Below are positions 38,333 to 48,605 of a DNA stretch of 64,000 nucleotides, piece by piece; within the stretch, counting starts at the first letter, position 1, and the number at the start of each line of letters is the position of its first letter. The notes beneath the pieces were generated by a model. The model was not told where the DNA came from. It made no database searches and was given only the letters and a program-made list of their open reading frames with translations. Source of the stretch: Entomortierella parvispora E1425 (lineage: Eukaryota; Fungi; Mortierellomycota); assembly GCA_020891255.1 (NCBI GenBank), contig BQFW01000015.1:1054001-1118000 (forward strand). The letters run 5' to 3'. Position numbers and translations under genes: made by a program.

Positions 38333-38683
38333 GTGAAGGTGGAATGGAGGAACGAGGGGCGGAATGAGACAGAAGACTTGAAGGTGAGTAAGTCGTCTCT
38401 TCTTGCGTGCTTGCCTTTGCTCGCAGTACCGGGAAGGGAAGCGGGAGGTGGAGGATCAAATTGGATCATGGCAGCAGGTGCGATCACTCTGGGTTCTGTG
38501 ACACAGGATAGGTGTCTTCGGGATTTTGATGGTCACGTGCACATCGGAGACGAAGACAGAAAAGAGAGCGGAGAGATGCCCCGAAGGAATGCAGTGCGGA
38601 CAGGCAGAGAGGACAGGCACACAAAACAATCGCTGGATCGCATCCATTGTTCATCTCTCCACTCTTCCTTCCTCACCCTCGCC

Positions 38684-40068
38684 ATGGCCTCCCTTGCTGC
38701 CCGCTTTGCTTCGGCCTCCTTCGCCCGCTCTGCCCGTGTCGCTGCCGCGCGCAACGTCCTTGGTAAGGACCAAGCCACGACCGGCCCAATGCTGATCAAC
38801 ATCCGATGACCAACATGCACGCTCTCTCTGTCCGAGGGGACTCGGAGCTCGCCCTAAACCTGCTGGATTCTGTTATCGCCGAACAATGGCAGTCTGTTGT
38901 CTGAGCAATCAATCAATCGCCAACCCTCATTGGAATCTCGACAGCTGGATGTGGGTCTAGGAATAACTAAATCAGGATTCCCGCCGGAGCAGCCTCATCG
39001 CTTCCTAGGATCGACTCTTGCTCACCCATTGCAAATGCGACCAATGCAATCGAGGAATCAGGCTCGACACAAAGAGGCTCTCTCTCTTTCACTACAGAGC
39101 TCTATGGCATCCAGTATGCAAAAGAGTTTATCGGGGAGCAACGATATCGCTTGTAGGACACGCTGGTCGCCACTACCATAATGATATTCAGGAACGAGAC
39201 GATAGTGGACTTTTAATCAAACATTGGGATACATCGGCGCGCGTCATTTGTGCCTACTGTCAAGGAGCAGAACAATGGACATCAACAGAGTCTGTCGGTC
39301 AATCTCTGAAAGTTGCCTTCAAAATGATTTAACTCTTTGTTATTGTGTGAACTACTCATGACTATAGCCCCCGCTGGACTTGCTGCCCAGGTTCGCTTCA
39401 GCAGCAACTCCTCCCGCGAGACCACCCAGATCCCCGACTTTGACAAGTACAAGTCTGGATCCGGTGACATGACCAACCGTGCCTTCTCTTACTTCATGGT
39501 TGGAACCACCGGTGCCTTGACCTTCATTGGAGCTAAGACCACCGTTGCCGACTTTTTGGCCAACATGTCCGCCTCTGCCGATGTTTTGGCTTTGGCCAAG
39601 GTCGAGGTCGATCTCAGCACCATCCCCGAGGGACGCAACGTGACAATCAAGTGGCGTGGAAAGCCTGTCTTCATCAGACATCGTACTGCCGATGAGATTG
39701 ATGAGGCCAACTCTGTCAACATTGCTGAGCTCCGTGATCCCCAGAACGATGCCGAGCGTGCCCAGAAGCCCGAGTGGTTGGTCATGTTGGGTATGTAGCC
39801 CTGTGTTGATCTGACTGGCTCAATTGCTCTATTTTATGAAAACAAAGACTAATATTGAAACCTCTTGTCAATGTTAATTAACATAGGTGTCTGCACTCAC
39901 TTGGGATGCGTCCCAATTGGTGAGGCTGGTGACTATGGTGGATGGTACTGCCCCTGCCACGGATCCCATTACGATATCTCTGGACGTATCCGCAAGGGAC
40001 CCGCACCACTCAACCTTGAGATCCCTGCCTACTCGTTCGAGGAGGGCAACAAGATCGTCATTGGTTAA
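38684..40068 (+). CDS. RIP1: Cytochrome bc1 complex Rieske iron-sulfur subunit
   Basis: 3 exons with an Ala/Arg-rich presequence. Motifs: [66 protein letters not shown]. Confidence 0.97.
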
Positions 40069-40608
40069 ATTCTCATTACCTCGACCCTTTCAACACATCC
40101 GTAAACTATTCCAACTACCTTCCTTTCTTCACACCCTCCACTCGTCATGATATCATCAAGAGGACCCATCATCCCTCCACTTGACGCGATCGAATATACA
40201 CCCTCCACACTCAAGAGCAACGCAGAAAACTGGTTCTCTACTTTAGAAATCTGCAAATAGAGCAATCTTTTCAACTACTACATTCGCTTTTGCCTCGTTG
40301 TCATTATGTACTTTGAAATGGTCACGACACTAAAGGAGTGTCTTTTTCTTCAAAAGGGCACGAGCATTCCCTTGTTGCAAAAAGCTCCAAGGATGAAATG
40401 GATAGAGAAACGGGCAAACAGTTTGTTATGACCAAAAGATGGTGTTCTGGGATGTTTTAATGGCGATGAAAACGAGTTTATAGGAGAAACGAGTTGGGGA
40501 ATGCTGTGTGGTGGTTTTGCGGTTCCAAAAACCCGAGATATTTTTGTTGCGGAGAGGGAGGGGGGGAACAAAGAGGGTTAAGGATCTCCAGTCGGTCCCT
40601 GAGGATGA

Positions 40609-41283
40609 CTATTGAAGCTGAATCTGTGCTCGCTCTTCTCTCTTGTTGAGCCAGCTCTACAAAAAAAAAAAGAGAGGGGTGACGAGAGGTTGTAGACAGG
40701 GAAGAATGTGAGTTTTCCATTTTTTGTGGTCAAAATTTGGTTACTGGTCCACGGACGCTAGTTGCTCCTCCCTCCCTTGGAAACAGTGTCGTGGTGTCGC
40801 GGTAGAATCTGCTATGGTGTGGAGGGTCTGTCCGACAAGTGTTATCCAAATCCAGGTACGAGCTGTTTGAGAGACGTCCTTGTAGCGACACTTTTCCTGA
40901 GGGCGATAGATGCGGTGTACCCTTCATGCATGCGTGTGCATGTCCTAGGTCAGTCCATGCCCCTTGTCCATGTCCTGTTGTCCCGTGCCCTCTGTTCTTT
41001 GTATCCTGTGGTCTGCTGCCATTGTTGCATTGAACATTTCAAAGACAGGAGAGGTCTGTATTTTTACCTGGCATCCGCAGAACAAGATCATGAAACCGTA
41101 GAATGCTGTTGCTGTCAAGCAGGCTCTAGCAACATCCGCCGGGTTGTCGGGGTCATTGGTAGTATGGGTCAAGGACTCGGCCGGTAAGGAGAAGAGGAAA
41201 GCCATTGTACCCAAGAAGATCACTCCAAAGATGGAGAGAATCGTGCAGCAGGTCGCATGACCAGCAGAGAACATGGGCTTCAT
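40609..41283 (-). CDS. RNASEK: Ribonuclease-kappa family / V-ATPase Vo subunit f small membrane protein (87 aa)
   Basis: Exon 41283-41068 encodes MKPMFSAGHATCCTILSIFGVIFLGTMAFLF...ARACLTATAFYGFMILFCGCQ. Exon 40656-40609 encodes SWLNKREERAQIQLQ* and follows a T-rich acceptor. Two TM helices with the family-typical CCxxLSxFG. Confidence 0.8.
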
Positions 41284-41546
41284 GATGAGTTGCTGTGATG
41301 GATAAGTCTGATGGGAAGAGAGAAGGTAAGGAGCGACAAGGAACTCGAACAAGAAAGGGGGATGAAAGGCAAGAACGAGGGAGAAAAAGAGGGGAAAGCA
41401 ATTGATGCATGTGAACATGAACATCATCCTGAATCGCGTCTTCTGACAGCCAGTCACTCACATTGCCGGGGTCGATTTTGGAATAATTTATAATTTTATT
41501 CAAAAAAAACCCCCCCTGGCGAATATCCATCCTCTCATCCTCCGTT

Positions 41547-43353
41547 TCAGCGGGAAACACCTTGCTGTGGGGCGTACACACTACTGGATCGCGCAAAGGC
41601 GTTGGTGCCACCGTCAGCATTCGCAGAGTTGAACTGTGCTGGCACTTGTCCAGAGTATTGATGCTGCACAAAGGCGCCTGGGGCGTAGGCTGGCTGCATG
41701 TAAGGTGTCTGTTGCTGCTGCTGCTGTGGTGGCTGCTGGTGCTGTTGTTGCTGTTGTTGCTGCAATTGGGGTTGAGATTGAGGGTGCTGCTGTTGGATTT
41801 GTTGCTGTGTGGGCGCATATCCTGCAGTCGCTGCTTGCTGCTGATGCAGAGGTTGTTGCTGTTGTTGGGTTGGGGGGATTTGCTGTTGTTGTTGAGTTGG
41901 AAGCATTTGTGGCTGCTGTTGTTGGTTCGTTGTGGGGTATTGTCCGTAAGGCTGCTGTGGAACTTGCTGCTGTGGAACCTGCTGCTGTGGAACTTGCTGC
42001 TGCTGGGGCTGCTGTTGATGAGACTGTTGCAACTGGGCTTGCTGTAGAAGCTGTTGTTTAGGGGCCTGCAAGTTCTGTTGCTGTTGCTGCTGTTGCAAGG
42101 GCTGCGTCAAGTATCCTTGATTGTATTGTTGTTGCGGGACAGGCTGCATGGGCTGCTGCACAGATTGCTGCAAGCCCTGGGCCGATGTTGGGATTGGCGA
42201 GGCTACTGGAAGGTTACCATTTGGTCCGACATGAGACTGGGATGTCCATGGCTGTGAGGGAACGGACGGCTGCGGTTGCTGTGGTTGCTGCTGCTGCTGC
42301 TGAAGATGGTTCGCGGCATTGGAGAGAGAATGGTTGGCTACACTGGGTGTGCTGGCAACTGGGGAAAGTGCAGTTTGGCGTGATGATGTTTGGCTTGAGA
42401 TGCTCAACTGACGCGCAATCTGATTGCGCTGGGGATCCAAGAGTTGATCTAAAAGGACGATTCAGTTAGTTCCTGCGTCACCAAAGTGGTACCTATTGAG
42501 TGCCTGGTATCATCGGTGCGTCACCTACCAAGAGACTCCGCCGAAAGAACTAAGGGCTTTGATTCAATGGACTTGATCTTTTCAGGGAGATTCCCGCTAC
42601 CTACACCCGCGCCCGCACCTGATCCTGCTCCTGTTCCAGTGCTACGAATCGCGCTTGGGTGTTGCATTTGAATTGTCTGCAAAGCCAAACCAATTTTGCT
42701 ATGGAGGTCCTCCAAAGCTGCCGCAACCGCAGCTACGGTTTGACCCTCGTTCATGCCTACCAGCTTGGTATGCAGCTGCTCCATTGGGGTCACAATAGGG
42801 TCGGTTACTTTATCTATAGATTGTCGTAAAAAATCTGTCAGCCTTCTATTCTTGTTGCTCTTCGAAATAGTTGGAGCTATTGCCTCTTACCGTTGACAGT
42901 CAATTTCAAGAGATTGGACAATGAGATTGCATGCGAGATATCCGTGTCGTCAAGGATGGTGATCAAATCTCCATCTAGGCACAGCGAAAACAAAGGGCGA
43001 CTTTATCTTGTGAGCAGAACAAAAGCAAAGAGAAGCAAAAACAACAACACCTTTCCTTACCCTCGTCTTCATATCGTAGAATGAGATTATCCAGGTCCGA
43101 GGATAGGTCTGCGCGAAAAAGTCTCTGGACCATGAAACAAAGCTCGTTCAGAGTGGGAACTTGAGTGATAGGGATGCGTAGGTTGGTGCCTCTACATCTG
43201 ACTTTTTTTTTTTTGATGCCAAGGAATTAGGAGCATGGTCAAATGTTGAAGTGATGAAAACGGTCATTTCACGAGGTGAATTAGCATACATTTGATGACC
43301 ACGGGTTTGTCGCCTAGAGTCAGCTTTCGGAGTCCTTCGTAGGAAGCCATCAT
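41547..43353 (-). CDS. TFG: TFG-like protein: N-terminal PB1 domain, short coiled coil, Q/P-rich low-complexity tail
   Basis: 5 exons: MMASYEGLRKLTLGDKPVVIK / [47 protein letters not shown] / [28 protein letters not shown] / ...VAAALEDLHSKIGLALQTI... / poly-Q, QQQVP repeats. The PB1 block closely parallels metazoan TFG as I recall it ([23 protein letters not shown]). The 3' end may include one more exon. Confidence 0.72.
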
Positions 43354-43731
43354 TGAGAGGATGAGAAGAGCAGTGGAGAGATGAAAGAGAGGTGTGGATT
43401 GTGGGAATGTGCCGCGGGGGAAAGAAGAGAGGAGACGTGTCCAGGAACTGGACAAAGTGTGGGGGCGTGCGAGCTCAATGCAACCGAAATGTGGCCCAGG
43501 CGGGTGGAGAAACAGTCCTTTAATTCCGTTCAACTTCCTTGCTTCAGAACAGGGCTCGACTCAACTTGGCCCCTTGGTGCGTGACCAGTGAGCCTCGACT
43601 CTCGAGTCTTGCTCGCTCGCCAAGGGGCAACGAAGGATGCAGTCTGGTCTGAAATGGTCAAAGCTGTTTGATACAAGTTTTCATAATGCTTTAATGGTTT
43701 GAGGAACAAGACAAATGATAGGCATCCTAAG

Positions 43732-45002
43732 CTAGTCTACAATAATCTCGCCAGGCTCTTCCCTCTCCTGATTCCGTACGAAGAGCGACAGAGCTGTTAT
43801 TAACAATCCATGTTACATAAAGAAAACGCCATTCACACATGCTTAAATTTACCTTTTTCCTCTTCTTCTTTTTCCGGTGTTCAGAATCGCCCTCGCCTTC
43901 ATGATGGCTATGTTCGTGATCGTGCTCGTGCTTTCTCTTCTTTTTCTAAAAATTACAAATCATGAAAAGAAATTTGATGGCAAAAGCATATTTAATGTCC
44001 AGTCTCCTCTTCATACATGTCGAGTATGGACTTCGTATGTCGAGTGAACTTCGTACCTTCTTCTTGTGCTTGTGCTCCCGACTGCCATCCTCCGTTCGCT
44101 CTTCACGATTAATATGAGGTGAAGACGTTGATGATTTGGAACCGTGGAGATGCGAGCGGCTATGGTGACTTGAATGATGATGACCTTGTCCTTGATGAGC
44201 TGGCGAATCCGTTGAAGGTGTCGCCATATTTCCGGGGTTGTACCCCTGGCCTCCAGTTGCATTTAATTTGAGCGGGTCTGACAACGCAGGTCCTGGTGTT
44301 GAAGAATTCCTCATAGACTGTTTGTATGCCGAATCTTCCTCTGTGCCCAGCACGGAGCTGTCAAACTATCCAAAGACAAGATGACGCGTCAATAAACTGT
44401 CCAAAAAAAAAAAAAAAAAAAATGCATATTGTTGATCCACTCCACGGTTCTCAACATACTCCTGGTACTGGTCCTGGTCGAAGACTGAATCCATCTCTGA
44501 GCGTTGAGGATGAGAATCCGTGAATAGGTCCATAGCTCTTTTCCGGCGTTTCCAGAAGGGTCCGAATGTAGTTGCCTGGTCGGATAATATTCTTGCCTAG
44601 TTTAAAGACCATGGATCGAGCTCCTGAGTTAGAAAGCAGTTAAAAACAACGGTGGGATCTCTACTAATGCCTGGACGCGCTATATCACCTGGAAGGTCGC
44701 TGATGTAGGGAAAGTAGCTTGGCTCTATTGGTGGGACTGGGTCGTTGTTCTCCAGTCTCTGCTTGACATACTGGTTGTAGAGGGGGAGGAGATGGAACGC
44801 GGTCATGAGATCCTGGCTAGCCGTCAGTGCCTGAGTCGTTGCATTGGCTATGGCGAACAAGACTCGGTTAGTGCTTGGGCGGTGCCTGGCAGACGAATGA
44901 TGTTCCTGGTCAAGCTGTACCTCGTGCCTCCTTGACGTAATAGAGCTTGGGCGAGCTGGACACGGCATCTGCATTGGTGGCGGTGTCTGAGCTGTCCGCC
45001 AT
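43732..45002 (-). CDS. MED19: Mediator subunit Med19/Rox3-like
   Basis: 6 inferred exons. Features: LTASQDLMTAFHLLPLYNQYV...YFPYISDLPG, FSLRPGPVP, and a C-terminal Lys/His-rich tail (HKHKKKKKKRKHEH...RKKKKRKK), all typical of Med19. Confidence 0.75.
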
Positions 45003-45355
45003 TGGGTCCAGGCAGGAAGTGAAGGTTGGCTATTTGTGGTCTGCTGTGAAGTCGAGAGGACGAATAGAGGGCAATGACGATGAGAATGCAGCGAGTGATC
45101 GAGGGGCTGATTGCAACAGGCGGGTAGGTCGATCGAGAGAGGGCAGCGACAAGAAGAAAGAAGAAAAGGAGCAAAGGAATCATCACATCATGGTCTCTCC
45201 TTGTCAGCATTTGGTCAATGTGGCTTTGCCTTTTTTCTTTTTCTTTTCAAAGTGGTCATCTTTGCATGCATTGCATGCATGAATGTGTGCTTGCATTATT
45301 CCTCGTTCCTGTCTTCTTATTCCCTGCAACTCCCAAGGACCCGACAGCAACGCTC

Positions 45356-45391
45356 GACTGACTGACTGACTGACTGACTGACTGACTGACT
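45356..45391. repeat. (ACTG)n microsatellite
   Basis: gactgactgactg... about 9 units, ending 10 bp upstream of the ATG at 45402. Confidence 0.95.
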
Positions 45392-45401
45392 ACATGGACC
45401 A

Positions 45402-47127
45402 ATGGTGCTGAGCGCAATCTGGACACTCGCCTTTGGCCCACACAACCCATTGCCCGACGACAGCACGGTATACGACAATGACTCGGATACGGAGCAGGAC
45501 GAGACGCGGACTAACATTGCCAGGATCCTCGATCGACAACGCATCCTATCCGAGGCTGAGAAGGACATTCTTGGGACTACTGTCTACCTCCCTACGCCAA
45601 ACGTCAAGGATGAAGCTGCAGAGAACAAGAGCGGGTTCATCCTCGTGGTTACCTCTCTGACTCTCAATAACATTGGATGCTATCCTTTCTTTGGCATTCG
45701 TGATAGACATCAGGTACACCATGAAAACTCGCTGCAGTAACCATACCAGCGAACAGGAAATCGTACTCCCATGGCTAAACATTAAGGAACTTATATGCGT
45801 AGGTCTTCCCAAAGCTCTTCCCGGAAACTTCACCGAGGTCTTCATTTCAGTATCTGCGCCAGGTGTACAAATCCCAGGGTGTACTCGGGATCTGGTACGG
45901 GATGCCCTGCAGCATGATCTGCCATACCTGCACTATTTTCTACGAAGCATTCCTCAACAGCATCATTGGAAAGTTCCGCCAGCGGTCCCGAAAAGTGCTT
46001 CCAAAGACACTGATTTACGTGTCAACTCGAGTGTAAGGAATGATCTGGCGTTATGTATCTTGTCCAAAGGGTCACCAACTTAACAAAGTCTTATTTGCTA
46101 TGATAGTGTCGAGTTTCTTTTGTATATACCCCTTTATCCTCTTCTTCGCAACTCACTCCTCCTTCGCATGGACTCGCACGCTGGACCATGGCCGGTCAAG
46201 TCATCGTACCTTCACCTTCTCCGGTCCTTTGCAGTCGACTACGTGCATGACCTCATTGGACTCTTTTATAGCCGAGGCCGCTCTCCGAGCATCCTTCCTC
46301 TTTACTCGACAGTACTTCCATCGTACGTTCTGAACCTGGTGTTTGAGATCATTCAGACTTGGATCTTTCGGTGGATATACCCCAAACTCGTCCCCGCCAG
46401 CTTCTTCAGTAGAAAAAAATCGTCAAAATCAGGATCACGCTCAGCAGGACCGCCGCCTCATTTAATTTCACCTCTGCCTACAGGAGTATCTGTAGATGGC
46501 CAAGACCACACTGCAAATAGCTCAAGACAGAGTGCAACCACTACAAGACAAACGGGGTCCCGGAGGCAAGCAAGACGTCGCAATCAACAACAACGACAGG
46601 CAGAACAACAGCAGCAGCAATCGACCCAGCCAGTGACTGATGCCAACCCTTTAGTAACAGCGATTACAGCCTCAGAAATTTCAACCACAATCATGGCAGC
46701 TATGCCAAATGTCTCATCGAACTCGCCTACAACAACGACATTGGCAGTCAACCGGGCTCGCAAATTCCTGCGCTATCTGTCCACGGTTGCCACTAGGAGC
46801 CCTACCCTTCTACAGGAGTTTTACCCAGAGATGGTGTGTGCTATGACCAGTAGTATGCTTACTCGAGTTTTGCTGTACCCTCTGGATACTGTTGCCTCTC
46901 GGGTATCAGCGCAAGGTGGTTCTTTTCCAGGCATTGGTGTATCACCCACACCATATAAGGGCTTTTGGGACTGCTGGATCCAGTCCCTACGACCTCATGG
47001 CGGAGGTATTTTAGGTCTTTACTCTGGTGTTATAGACTGTATTATAGTCGAGGCGATGGTGCGGTGGGTTGTTCTGGAAGGAACCTGGTTTGCCCACTTA
47101 GCCATCAAGTGGCTTCATCGAAGGTAA
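45402..47127 (+). CDS. Degenerate mitochondrial-carrier-fold membrane protein (SLC25A46/Ugo1-like)
   Basis: 3 exons in frame via GT-AG introns. Carrier-like segments: YLRQVYKSQGVLGIWYG, LLYIPLYPLLRNS, VLLYPLDTVASRVSAQG and YKGFWDC...GILGLYSG. A long Ser/Gln-rich insertion is present. Confidence 0.6.
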
Positions 47128-48605
47128 TAAAGAAAGGCGTCACTTTTTGCTCTTCAACTTACACCTGAACTTCTCCCAGCTGTCTGTAGCCATATCATGA
47201 ACGCGGAGAATAAGGGGGAAAGTGAGCATACTTAGAATCGACCTCCCTAACCCAACAATTGCTTATTAGATTAAACTCTCAGGGTCCCTGACCTGTTTTT
47301 TTTCTTTCTTTTTTGCCCCAGTGCCCGCATCAGTTCCCTTTGAAAACTCACTCCAAGAACAACAGCTCCCAGACCTCCGGAGATATTTGTGAAGGGAAAA
47401 AAAAAGGGCGGCTTTAGAGATTTCATAAAGGTGACGACCTTGAGGCTCCCCTCGCTGCCAGGGCATTATTGCTTTATTTGGTTATCTAGGCTATCCGTAT
47501 TTGGGTCTGCGCCTTTGTGTGCAATTGCACCCTGATAAAGAACCACCCACCGAAGAGTGCATTGGGAACCTGCCCGCCCCGCCCATTCAATTGTTACGCC
47601 AGATCGTCGAATGACGATGAAGTGGTTGTCAAAGTGTGAGTTTTGAACCCCGCCAAGAAGTTCTTGGTGCATGTGGCGAAGATCTAGTCTATCCCGTTGA
47701 AAATGTGGCAGAGGGATTGAGGGAACGGAGGGAGGGACAGTGAGATGGCGTGCCTTTTTTTATTTTCTCTGGCAGGCTCTTCGAAGGAATTGAGCACGGC
47801 GACGCACGCACCCAATTTCTCAATAAGGCGGGAGACGGTTGAGAGACGTTGCATAAAGGATTTTGGTTTGCTTTTGTTGTTTGTAGGTACATACAAAGCG
47901 TTTGTCAATCGAAACTAAACACGGAGGGCGGCCGCGGAGGACCACCTGGACGCCGATGTTCGTAGGATTCGGATCCAAGCCCTTTTTTTGACATCCGCGA
48001 CCTTCCGCGATGAAATATTCCTCTTCCTTCCTTGCTCGCTTAAAGCTTGTTTCCCTCCATTTTCGTTTCCCGCACAACTGAAAAGATATTCCTCCGTGAG
48101 GAATGGATACTACCCAGTGGGGTGGAGGGGAAGGGGGGCGAGCAATTGCACTTCTCGGGCGCGAACGTGACGCGTCGGAACGATGCATTTACCCCTTGGA
48201 CACAGATCACATCAAAGCAAGGGGGCAGGGGGGCAGGGGAGGGAGAGGGAAAGATTTCTCAGAAAGGGCTAACGCTCTGTGCGCACACTCAAAAAGAAGA
48301 AAAAAAACAACTTTCAACGGACCAGTCCTTGAGGCTTCTTTCTCTCCGAGCCGAGAGCCCATTACCACAACGCGCAATTTTCTCGGTTGTTTTTTGTGTT
48401 CAGGCACACCGCCGTCGAAACCACAGCTGCAATGCAAGGAAGGCCCTGCAACTTGTTATCTTCCCCTCGTTTTTTGGTGGGCACCTTGTCCTCTTTTTTA
48501 CATCCTTTTCTTCTCGCTCCCGCCAATTTTTTTCTTCTCTCTCTTTGTTGCCCAACCGTCCCATTCGTAACCGTTTTTTTTTGCAGAGTATTTTTTTTTG
48601 TTCTG

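Noticed and set aside
47466-47850. Possible small two-exon minus-strand gene (MQRLSTVSRLIEKL/DLRHMHQELLGG...)
   Set aside because: No homology recognised, weak start context, and alternative phases are equally plausible.
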